Assembly (NCBI GenBank): GCA_048941285.1
Contig: JBHLNS010000044.1
Location: 1 to 26,006, forward strand
Length of the DNA: 26,006 nucleotides
Source of the DNA: Promethearchaeota archaeon
GTDB lineage: Archaea > Asgardarchaeota > Lokiarchaeia > Sigyniarchaeales > SOKP01
Direction: 5' to 3'
Shown here: in pieces, positions 8,700 through 17,368 of the stretch
Layout: each line of letters opens with the position of its first letter
How positions within the stretch are numbered: the stretch's first letter is position 1
Translations under genes and position numbers: made by a program
The notes under the pieces: model-generated
The model's database searches: none
Told to the model about the DNA's origin: nothing
The model's input: the letters and a program-made list of their open reading frames with translations, nothing else

Positions 8700-9320
8700 A
8701 TGGAAAAAATTTTCAAACTCAATTTAAAAGCTCAAGAAAACATAATAATCGCTACAAAAGAAAAGGTGGTTGCTCTAGAATTAAAGAAATTAGCTAAAAA
8801 TCTTTTAAAAAAAGTAAGAACTAGAGAGAAATTCGTTGAAAAAGAGATAAAATTAGCTCAAATTAGAAAGAAATTAGTTGAAAATAATGAAAAATTATTG
8901 GAAAACAAGATTAAATCTAAGGAATTATTAAAATTTTCAGAGGAAGTAATCAAAAACGAGAGGAATTTTATTAATTATCATGAAAAAGTTGCTGAAAATC
9001 AATTAGAGTTAGCAAAACATCATAAAGAGATTGCAAAACTAGAAGAAAAGTTAGCTAATAGTAAAATGATATTGGCTAATTCTAAACTAAATACAGCCAA
9101 TATTAGAATTAAACTAGGAAAATTACAATTAAAATATGTATTAGCTGTTCAAAAAAAAAACCTTCAAAAAGCATTACTAATAAAAGCATTTTATAAGCAA
9201 GAACAAAAAAAGTTAGAGATTCAATTTAAAGAGTCAATTCAGATAGAAAACGAAATAAAAACGCTTCAAAACGATATCGCGAATGAAACAGCTAAATTCT
9301 CTCAGGTATTGATAAAATGA
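8700..9320 (+). CDS. Lys/Glu-rich coiled-coil protein, function unknown
   Basis: Long ORF with continuous heptad pattern; ATG at 8700 preferred over GTG at 8691. Confidence 0.7.
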   Translation: MEKIFKLNLKAQENIIIATKEKVVALELKKLAKNLLKKVRTREKFVEKEIKLAQIRKKLVENNEKLLENKIKSKELLKFSEEVIKNERNFINYHEKVAENQLELAKHHKEIAKLEEKLANSKMILANSKLNTANIRIKLGKLQLKYVLAVQKKNLQKALLIKAFYKQEQKKLEIQFKESIQIENEIKTLQNDIANETAKFSQVLIK

Positions 9321-9406
9321 AAATTTTGAATCTCAGATTATTAATAGATATTAATAGGATTTTATGTTTTAATCAAATGAAATAAAAATTTAAGTGAAAT
9401 GTTAGA

Positions 9407-10456
9407 ATGATGAAAGAACATAATATTGGAAAACCTCCAGGTACTTTAATATTTACTGGAAAAAAAAAAGAGTTGAAAACTAAGATTAAAATAGTAGATT
9501 ATAATGAGGAAGATTATAACATCATAAAAACAGATAAAACAGATAGAGATTTTTCAAATATTGATAAATCAAGGAATAGATGGATTAATATTATAGGATT
9601 ATCCTATATGAATGTTATTGAAGATATTGGAAATCAATTCAATCTACACCGATTGCTTTTAGAAGACATTCTTAGTTCAAATCAAAGACCTAAATTAGAA
9701 AATTATGGAGAATATCTATTTATAGTATTAAAAAGTGTAAACTATAATGAAGAAACAGAAAGTTTTGAGACTGAACAAATATCTCTCATCTTAGGAACTA
9801 ATTTTGTTATATCTGTACAAGAATATGAAGATGATTTTTTTACACCAATCTTAAATAGAATTAAATTTTCAGAAGGTCACATTCGACAAATGGGCAGTGA
9901 TTATTTATTATATAGTTTAATAGACTTTGTTATTGATAATTATTTTATTATACTTGAACGAATTACAGAATCAATCGAGAATATAGAGGATAAAATAATA
10001 AAAAATCCAGTACCCGAAACCTTAAGAATTGTATATTCATTGAAAAGAATTATGATTAATATCAGAAACTCAATTTGGCCTACTAAAGAAGTAATTAACA
10101 AGTTACAAAGAGAAAAGTCTAAATTGTTAAGTACGGAATTAGAATTATATTTAAGGGATGTTAATGACCATGTTTTTATTATAAGTGACCTACTTGAAAC
10201 TCAGCACGATATACTTTTTGGGATGCTTGACATGTATTTATCAAGTGTAAATAATAAAATGAATGATATTATGAAGATCCTAACAATAATTTCAACCATA
10301 TTTATACCTTTATCATTTTTAGTGAGTTTATATGGAATGAACTTTAAATATATGCCTGAACTTTCATATCCACTATCATATCCAATATTGCTTTTTACGA
10401 TGTTTATTATTGGAATTGTGATGATACTGTTTTTTAGGCGTAAAAAATGGTTATAA
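9407..10456 (+). CDS. corA: Magnesium/cobalt transporter CorA
   Basis: GKPPGTL N-terminus, WINI, LHRLLLEDI, QRPKLE, two C-terminal TM helices with YGMNF and MPEL, RRKKWL tail. Confidence 0.97.
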   Translation: MMKEHNIGKPPGTLIFTGKKKELKTKIKIVDYNEEDYNIIKTDKTDRDFSNIDKSRNRWINIIGLSYMNVIEDIGNQFNLHRLLLEDILSSNQRPKLENYGEYLFIVLKSVNYNEETESFETEQISLILGTNFVISVQEYEDDFFTPILNRIKFSEGHIRQMGSDYLLYSLIDFVIDNYFIILERITESIENIEDKIIKNPVPETLRIVYSLKRIMINIRNSIWPTKEVINKLQREKSKLLSTELELYLRDVNDHVFIISDLLETQHDILFGMLDMYLSSVNNKMNDIMKILTIISTIFIPLSFLVSLYGMNFKYMPELSYPLSYPILLFTMFIIGIVMILFFRRKKWL

Positions 10457-10476
10457 CAGAATTCTATTTAATTCTG
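10457..10476. terminator. Small inverted repeat between convergent corA and tfb
   Basis: CAGAATT-CTATTT-AATTCTG directly after the corA stop; short and AT-rich. Confidence 0.25.
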
Positions 10477-10546
10477 AAAGATAAAATTTATTGAAATTAA
10501 TTATTATTTTACTCAATAAATAGAAATTCTAAAAAATTATTTATAA

Positions 10547-11470
10547 CTAAATTAAACTAGTTATCTCTTTTAATCTCATTCTTAATGTAATCTCAGAAAC
10601 CTTAGCAATTTTACATATTTGTTTTTGAGTTCGATATTCGTCATTATTTTTTGAAGAAATATAGAGAGATGCTGCAGCAATTCCTTTTGGGTCTTTTCCC
10701 GAGGTAATTAATCCTTTTTTCTTACTATTTTCAACAATTTTTATAGCAATATTTCGACAATTTAAAGATAAGTTCAATTCGTCATAGAATTTATTTATAT
10801 ATTCTTGAGGGGTAAAGTTATGGACTTTTAAATTTAAATTTGGAATAATTTTATTTACTAGTGCTTTATAACAATATACAAACTTTTTCTTAGAAATTTG
10901 AAAAGCGGAAAGGATTTCGTCAATAATTACTGGTTTTCCATAAAATTTTAGTGCAAAATATAGCGATACACTGAGGATTCCATTAATAGACCTTCCAAGT
11001 GTAATTTTTTTTTTTACAGCAGATATATAAATCTTAAAAACGTCTTCTAAAATATAACTAGGGAGGTTAAATTGAGTCGTAATTTGACTTAATTTTGGTA
11101 TTGCGATTGATAAATTCCTTTCAAATCCATTTACGAATCCTCTATTTATTTTAGATAATCTCTTATAATTTATCAATGCTGTTGGAGATAAAAAATTTCC
11201 TTTTCCATCTAAATTGCCCTTAATGATTGTACGATTACCAATGGGAGAACGTACTGGCTCGTTATTATCAGAATTTATATCTTTTTCAAAATAAAATTTC
11301 CTGCTAGGTTTATAAGAAATAACTTTTGATTGAGTGATTCCACAGTTAGTACAAACATTATATCCATTAGATGAAATAATGTTGGGATTATTGCAACAAT
11401 CTTTTTCTTTATCTTTTGGAATCATCACATAATACTTATTTAATTTATCTGAGGTTGTCATTTTCATCAT
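10547..11470 (-). CDS. tfb: Transcription initiation factor IIB (TFB) paralogue
   Basis: Zn-ribbon (CC...VCTNCG), ERNL, two cyclin repeats (GRSI, GKDPKGIAAASLY), TQKQICKIAKVSEITLRMR helix-turn-helix. Confidence 0.93.
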   Translation of the reverse strand: MMKMTTSDKLNKYYVMIPKDKEKDCCNNPNIISSNGYNVCTNCGITQSKVISYKPSRKFYFEKDINSDNNEPVRSPIGNRTIIKGNLDGKGNFLSPTALINYKRLSKINRGFVNGFERNLSIAIPKLSQITTQFNLPSYILEDVFKIYISAVKKKITLGRSINGILSVSLYFALKFYGKPVIIDEILSAFQISKKKFVYCYKALVNKIIPNLNLKVHNFTPQEYINKFYDELNLSLNCRNIAIKIVENSKKKGLITSGKDPKGIAAASLYISSKNNDEYRTQKQICKIAKVSEITLRMRLKEITSLI

Positions 11471-11490
11471 ACATTATTTTCGAATTTTAG

Positions 11491-11706
11491 TTAAATTATA
11501 TCAATTAAATAGATTTTATCTGAAATGTCGAATTTATTTAAAATAATATTCATATTATCCATTTCACCATTCTTTGCTATTGGAATTTTTATTACAATTT
11601 TTTCTTCTTCCATAAAATAATTTATAAAGATTGTCGATTTTGGTTTATCAAAATCCATAAAGACTTTCAACCCATTAAACCTTTCTCTATAAATTATTTG
11701 ATTCAT
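11491..11706 (-). CDS. Small hypothetical protein (about 71 aa) between lrp and tfb
   Basis: ATG at 11706 (MNQIIYRERF) lies 7 nt after the lrp stop and the ORF ends 20 nt before tfb; it fills the operon gap. Confidence 0.55.
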   Translation of the reverse strand: MNQIIYRERFNGLKVFMDFDKPKSTIFINYFMEEEKIVIKIPIAKNGEMDNMNIILNKFDISDKIYLIDII

Positions 11707-11713
11707 TTTACAT

Positions 11714-12205
11714 TTATTCCTCAATACATTTGCATTTTCTAATTTGAAAATCAAATGGAATTACAAATTCATTTATTATTTCCGAAATTATTTCTACTTC
11801 AACGTGTTTTACATTGGAATTACTTCTAAAATGATGGTTGACAATTTTATCTAAATCTCTGAACTTTGAATAAATCACAATTATTACAAAATTGAATAGT
11901 CCACTTACTCTGTATCCATTTATCAAATAAGGACAAGATTTAATTATTTTTATAATGCTCTCAGGATCAGATGATTGAATATTTAATTTTGCGAGATAAT
12001 AATCTAAATTCTTTGGGTTTAGGCCTGCTTGAAATTTTAATATTCCTGACTTCTCAAGCTTTTTTATTCTCATTCCGATAGTAGGTTGACTTCTATTAAC
12101 TTTTTTTGCTATTTGTGTATGAGTCGAAGTAGGATCTCTTTGGATAAATTGGACAATTCTTTTATCAATATCATCCATAATTAGCGCTTCATTAACTATA
12201 TTCAT
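11714..12205 (-). CDS. Lrp/AsnC family transcriptional regulator
   Basis: MDDIDKRIVQFIQRD...IAKKVNRSQPTIGMRIKKLEKSGIL HTH; RAM domain with VSGLFNF. Confidence 0.93.
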   Translation of the reverse strand: MNIVNEALIMDDIDKRIVQFIQRDPTSTHTQIAKKVNRSQPTIGMRIKKLEKSGILKFQAGLNPKNLDYYLAKLNIQSSDPESIIKIIKSCPYLINGYRVSGLFNFVIIVIYSKFRDLDKIVNHHFRSNSNVKHVEVEIISEIINEFVIPFDFQIRKCKCIEE

Positions 12206-12281
12206 TCAATTTCCACTTCTTTTTTGGTTTGATTTGCTGATATTTTCGGTTGTTTTTTATATTAATATTATTATAAAATAG

Positions 12282-12329
12282 TGATATTATGATATTTAAA
12301 TATTATGATTTAATGATATTATGATATTC
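12282..12329. repeat. Three 16-bp-period direct repeats in the divergent lrp/arsR promoter region
   Basis: ATATTATGAT at 12284, 12300 and 12316; copies 1 and 3 share the 15-mer TGATATTATGATATT (12282-12296, 12314-12328). Confidence 0.6.
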
Positions 12330-12449
12330 CATCTTAATTATATTTAAATATTTTAATAATATTATTTATATAGATAAAATTCTGAATATGTTTCAGTAGA
12401 TTTTATTTCTTGAATATTAAGAATATTTGATATTGAGGGAATTCTAAGA

Positions 12450-12785
12450 ATGGATGTATTAACAGAGGTTACATCAGAATTTTTAAAATTATTGAGTGAT
12501 CCATATAAATTAGAAATTATTAAGTTTCTAAAAATAGGGGAAAAATCATCAAAAGAAATCGAAGAAGCCTTAAACATAAGTCAATCTTACACATCGCAAC
12601 TATTAAAACAACTGCAATTAGCAAATATTATTTATCATAAAAGAAAAGGAAGCATTAAAAAATATTTTATAAAAAGCTCTAACATTTTCAGAGTTATTTC
12701 TGCTATTAATTCAATTGTTATAGAGTTATATAAAGATAAGTTTCAAAGATTGATTGATTCAGATAATATCGAAAAATTAAAATAA
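12450..12785 (+). CDS. ArsR/SmtB-type winged-helix transcriptional regulator
   Basis: FLKLLSDPYKLEIIKFL, ISQSYTSQLLKQL, RKG...YFI wing. Confidence 0.88.
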   Translation: MDVLTEVTSEFLKLLSDPYKLEIIKFLKIGEKSSKEIEEALNISQSYTSQLLKQLQLANIIYHKRKGSIKKYFIKSSNIFRVISAINSIVIELYKDKFQRLIDSDNIEKLK

Positions 12786-12821
12786 TAAAAGGAAATCTAA
12801 CTTAATTTTTTAAAAACAACA

Positions 12822-13364
12822 ATGTCAATCACTATTGAGCAAAAAAAGAAAAAAATTTTGGTATTGGGATTAGAAAAAAGTGGTAAATCTTCTATTGTCT
12901 CAAGTTTTATAGGTAAATTTAATTTATCTGACTTTATCTCTTCTAATATTACTAAAAGTCCTAATATAATCAAATTAGAAAAGGGGAATATACTGTTTAG
13001 TATTTGGGATTTTAATGGTAAAGAAATTAATCGTAATGCATTTTTAAAAAACTTTAATGACCTTATTATTGATACGGAAGAAGTATTCTATGTTATTGAT
13101 ATCCAAGATTTTAAGAAATATGATTTAACATTAAAATTCTTACAGGAAATTATTGAAAACCTAAAAAAAATTGATCATAAAGTAGAATTTACTTTTTTTC
13201 TTCATAAATATGATCATGATCTTTTTGAACAAATTCCGGAGATTAATATAGAAAAAATTGAAAACCTTATAGAAACAATAAGAAAGATTATCCCTCCAGA
13301 AGATTTTCATGAAATTTACAAAACCACGATTTACACTGTTTTGGACAAAATTCATATTTATTAA
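12822..13364 (+). CDS. Small GTPase, Arf/Rag-like (Asgard-type)
   Basis: G1 GLEKSGKSS, G3 WDFNG, YVID strand, G4 HKYD, G5-like KTTIY. Confidence 0.85.
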   Translation: MSITIEQKKKKILVLGLEKSGKSSIVSSFIGKFNLSDFISSNITKSPNIIKLEKGNILFSIWDFNGKEINRNAFLKNFNDLIIDTEEVFYVIDIQDFKKYDLTLKFLQEIIENLKKIDHKVEFTFFLHKYDHDLFEQIPEINIEKIENLIETIRKIIPPEDFHEIYKTTIYTVLDKIHIY

Positions 13365-13490
13365 ACAGAACCCTTGTTTTACGATAATTCAATAAAAACC
13401 AGATTTATATATTAAAAGAATTGGTATATTCTCTTTTTTATAGGCTTTCCAGCAGTGAAAATTCCTTGCCAAATCCCCATAATAAAAAAT

Positions 13491-14126
13491 TTATTCATAA
13501 TTCAAAACTCTAATGATTTCTGCTATATGATGGATTTTATCAACAAACTGCTCCAAAGTAATAACGCTATCTCGAATAATTAACAAATTTCTAATATTTA
13601 AATCTTTATCTTTATAAAGATAATTCAAAAATCGATGGAAAATTGTCTCTATAGAATTAACAAGCTCATGAATCTCATTTATTCTGTAAATCGTTTTATT
13701 GGGAGTTTTTATTAACAATTTAATTGATTCCTTTAATAATTGTACCATTTCTAATATTATATTGAGTGATTTATGATACATCTCTTTCATTTCATTATTT
13801 AAGTCATTCAATTCAATGTACATTAGTAGTTCTACAAATTTTAAAGCGAGATTTGATAAATTATCCATTTTCTGAAGTAATAAAATATAATCTCCTAATC
13901 CTAATGCTATACCTTCAGAAAAATCTTTAATAGTTTGATTTTTTAATGAAGTCGCATCATCTATATCTAATTTCAATTTATTTAATTTGCTTTCTAATTT
14001 CTCACTACTAAATTTTGATTCTTTTGCCCAAGTTATATAAAACACCCCCATATCACTAATAATTGAATATAAAATTCTTGAATGGTCAATGAGCACCATT
14101 AATAGTTGATCTTTAATTTTGTTCAT
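13491..14126 (-). CDS. DUF47 family protein, divergent paralogue
   Basis: Colinear with 1-623 (MNKIK..HSRI.Y..SDM.VFY; KMDN; L.IRNLL..RDS); GGTGA SD upstream; follows hppA. Confidence 0.8.
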   Translation of the reverse strand: MNKIKDQLLMVLIDHSRILYSIISDMGVFYITWAKESKFSSEKLESKLNKLKLDIDDATSLKNQTIKDFSEGIALGLGDYILLLQKMDNLSNLALKFVELLMYIELNDLNNEMKEMYHKSLNIILEMVQLLKESIKLLIKTPNKTIYRINEIHELVNSIETIFHRFLNYLYKDKDLNIRNLLIIRDSVITLEQFVDKIHHIAEIIRVLNYE

Positions 14127-14189
14127 TAATTTATTTCACCACTTCCATATTTGTTAAAACATTTACTAATTTATTTTTGGAAATTTTTA

Positions 14190-16259
14190 TTATAAAATTA
14201 TTAAAGCCCCATACGTGAGGAAAATAGGAGCAAAAGCTATTGAAACTGTATTTATTACTTTTACAAGAATATGAAGGGATGGCCCTGCAGTATCTTTTAA
14301 TGGATCACCGAACGTATCTCCTATGATTGAGGCCTCATGGGCATAAGAACCTTTTCCCCCCAGAATTCCTCCCTCAATTGCCTTTTTTGTATTATCAAGA
14401 GCACCTCCCCCTGTATTCAACACAAATCCTAATATTATTCCCGATATTGTTCCAGATATTAAAAATGCGGCTAGAGCAATGGGACCAAATAAAAAACCAA
14501 GAACAATAGGTGTTAATGTAGGGATTAATGCAGGTATAATCATTTGCTTTAAAGCTACTTTTGTACCAGCATCGATACACTTATCATAATCCGGTAATGA
14601 TTTATTTTCAAGTATTCCTGGATCTTCTTTAAATTGTCGTTGAATTTCTTTAATCATACCATATGCTGCTACTCCTGCAGATCTAATCGCTAACGCGGAA
14701 AAAACAAAAGGAATCACTGCTCCAATTAACAACGCACATAAAATAATAGGATGATATATATTAACATCAATAGTTTTAATTTCTTCTAAATAAGCTTCAA
14801 ATAATATTATAGCAGATAAAGCGGCACAAGTGATACCAAAACCTTTTGCTAATGCTTTAGTTGTATTACCAACAGCATCCAATTTATCTAAATTATATCG
14901 TATTTCTTCGCCTTGATGTGACATTTCTGCAATTCCTGCTGCATTATCAGATACTGGACCAAAACCATCAAAAGCTAAAATTATGGTTGTAATTGATAAT
15001 AAACCCATTGTTGTAACAGTTATTCCAAAAACTCCTCCTAAATACAGATCTAAACCGTTTACAATAGCATATTGCTCACCAAGAAAAAAACTAATAATTA
15101 TTCCTACAACAAAGGAGATCACTGGTATTGTAGGAGATTCTAAACCTAAAGAAAAACCACTTATAACATTAGTAGCTGCCCCCGTTTCTGAGCTTTTTAT
15201 TACATTTTTCACTGGTTTATATCTTGATGAGGTGTAGTAATCAACTATAAAATAAGTTGATAAACCTAAAACTACTCCTAAAATTGAAGAAATGAATAAA
15301 AATAGCCATCCTAATTGAAAACAAATTAATGTTAATATTAAGAAAAATATAATATTTATTAATGCAGTAGCGCTAAGGCTCCTCGCAAATGCTTTGATAG
15401 GTGATTTGTCTTTTTTTTTAATTTTTACAAAAAAACCTCCCAGTATCCCAGAAATATTGCCCAAGGCTCTTGAAACTAAGGAAAAAATAATGAATAATGG
15501 ATTATTTGTAATAGTACTTAAGGTTACTCCGATTATCATTGCAGCAATATTATTAGCTGAAGAAGATTCATAGAGATCTGCTCCTCTACCAGCACAATCT
15601 CCGACATTGTCTCCAACATTATCAGCGATCGCAGCGGGATTTCTTACATCATCTTCAGGTAACCCATATTCTAATTTTCCTACTAAATCAGCTCCAATAT
15701 CTGCACCTTTAGTATATATTCCTCCCCCTAATTGAGCAAAAAGTGCTGAGAAAGATGCTCCAAATGCAAAACCTACAATATTCTGAATATTGAAGTCAAA
15801 CAAAATGTATAAAATACTGATTCCTAATAAGGAAATCGAAATAACTGAAACTCCAATTACCATTCCAGCATTAAAACCTATTTTCAAAGCTTTATTTAAG
15901 TCATTTTTACATGCTTGTGTTACTTTTACATTTGATAAAGTAGAAGCAACCATACTAATATAACTTGCAATCAGAGATGTTACTGCACCAATTATAAAAG
16001 AGACTGCCAGAGGAATATTAACTATTAAAAGGATTACAGATAGGATTAGTAAAACTACACTAATTGTCTTAAATTGCCTTTTTAAATATGTATTAGAACC
16101 CAATTTTATTAATTTGTGAATTTTAACCATTTCTTCTGATCCGTTATCTAAATTTTTTAGTTTTTTCATAATCCATAAAATATAAAATATACCTAATATA
16201 GAAAGTATAATTCCCAAAGAAAACAGGATCCAATAAAGGAAGGTAAAGTATTCAGACAT
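14190..16259 (-). CDS. hppA: Membrane-bound H+-translocating pyrophosphatase, K+-independent type
   Basis: GGGIYTKGADIGADLVGK, EDDVRNPAAIADNVGDNVGD, DNAAGIAEM, GDTFGDPLKDTAGP. GNTTKA carries the Lys diagnostic of K+-independent enzymes. Confidence 0.96.
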   Translation of the reverse strand: MSEYFTFLYWILFSLGIILSILGIFYILWIMKKLKNLDNGSEEMVKIHKLIKLGSNTYLKRQFKTISVVLLILSVILLIVNIPLAVSFIIGAVTSLIASYISMVASTLSNVKVTQACKNDLNKALKIGFNAGMVIGVSVISISLLGISILYILFDFNIQNIVGFAFGASFSALFAQLGGGIYTKGADIGADLVGKLEYGLPEDDVRNPAAIADNVGDNVGDCAGRGADLYESSSANNIAAMIIGVTLSTITNNPLFIIFSLVSRALGNISGILGGFFVKIKKKDKSPIKAFARSLSATALINIIFFLILTLICFQLGWLFLFISSILGVVLGLSTYFIVDYYTSSRYKPVKNVIKSSETGAATNVISGFSLGLESPTIPVISFVVGIIISFFLGEQYAIVNGLDLYLGGVFGITVTTMGLLSITTIILAFDGFGPVSDNAAGIAEMSHQGEEIRYNLDKLDAVGNTTKALAKGFGITCAALSAIILFEAYLEEIKTIDVNIYHPIILCALLIGAVIPFVFSALAIRSAGVAAYGMIKEIQRQFKEDPGILENKSLPDYDKCIDAGTKVALKQMIIPALIPTLTPIVLGFLFGPIALAAFLISGTISGIILGFVLNTGGGALDNTKKAIEGGILGGKGSYAHEASIIGDTFGDPLKDTAGPSLHILVKVINTVSIAFAPIFLTYGALIIL

Positions 16260-16654
16260 AATTTATTATAATCTAGAATTTATTTGTACTAGCGTTCAGA
16301 AGATTCCCCTTTTAAAGATATGGATAAAAATTTATAAATTAAAATGACTACGAAAATTGGACTTTTTCAACAACAGATAATTTTTGATGTTATATAACAA
16401 ATTTGAGTAGAACACTATGACAAATAAAATCATAAGAGAATATCCTATTTTAAGTGTCCGACAAACTAAAATTAAAATTATAAAAAATTACTTGGTTATA
16501 AACCTTAAAAAAATAATTATTTTTTATAAAAGTTTAATTTTTTTTCTTACATTTTTTAAATTAATTTAAAGTAGTTTTCACTATAACGAAATATTAAAAT
16601 TTAAAGGTTTAGATTAGCAAAAGAATAATTCTCAATTAAGGAAAATTTGAGTTT

Positions 16655-17131
16655 TTAATTGATTTTTATTTCTTGAATAAACATATTGATTTTATCAAGA
16701 TGATAATCGCTTTTAATCTCTTTCCTTTTAAGTTCTAATGTTGATATCGGCTCTTTATCACATAAATTAGCCATACTTTCAAAGATTTTAGGCCCACCTT
16801 TTTTAATCTCAGTGCAGAAAAAAGCTATTTTCTTAAATTTACTTTTGTTATTATTGATGTATGTTCTTATGGCAGGTGGCATTCTTGAATTCCAACTCGG
16901 AGTTCCTAATATAATTAAATCATACAATTCGGGATTTTGTTGAAGTTCTTTAATGGTAGTTAGTTTTTTTTTTGATGCATCCATGCCGCTCTTAATATAT
17001 CCTACAATAAAACTAGTTCTTTTTTTCATATCAACAATTTCTTCGTAATCACAACTTAGACTGTTTGAAATTAATTCAGCAATTTTCTTAGTTCTTCCAG
17101 TTCTGGAATAAAAAGCTATCAGTATACTCAA
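16655..17131 (-). CDS. Flavodoxin-family protein
   Basis: FYSRTGRTKKIA phosphate loop, GTPSW, IAFFCT. Start reassigned to TTG at 17131, preceded by GTGGT, just before the first beta-strand. Confidence 0.88.
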   Translation of the reverse strand: MSILIAFYSRTGRTKKIAELISNSLSCDYEEIVDMKKRTSFIVGYIKSGMDASKKKLTTIKELQQNPELYDLIILGTPSWNSRMPPAIRTYINNNKSKFKKIAFFCTEIKKGGPKIFESMANLCDKEPISTLELKRKEIKSDYHLDKINMFIQEIKIN

Positions 17132-17368
17132 AATTACCACTTTTATTTTAATAATATTTTTAGAAATTTTTAAAATTCTATTCCTATATAATAACACATA
17201 ATTTTATAATAATTTGCTTAAATTAGATTTCTTAAAAATTATTCTAAAAAATAGGTATACACTCAAACAATTATTTAAAATTAATTTTTTTTAAGGGATA
17301 TTCTTATAATCTTAAGATCAATATTACTCTTTATCATTTAAATAGCATTAATCAGGTGCAAGTTAAAA

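Noticed and set aside
5931-9320. A true pupylation (Pup/PafA) system
   Set aside because: No small ORF ending in GGE/GGQ and no proteasome or ARC ATPase gene nearby; most ligase motifs fit GCS2 better than PafA.
11707-11754. 41-nt overlap of the track ORF 11491-11754 with lrp
   Set aside because: The ATG at 11706 gives a non-overlapping, operon-like arrangement.
17132-17197. N-terminal extension of flavodoxin as a signal or anchor
   Set aside because: It is AT-rich promoter-like DNA; TTG at 17131 with an upstream GTGGT fits the family start.
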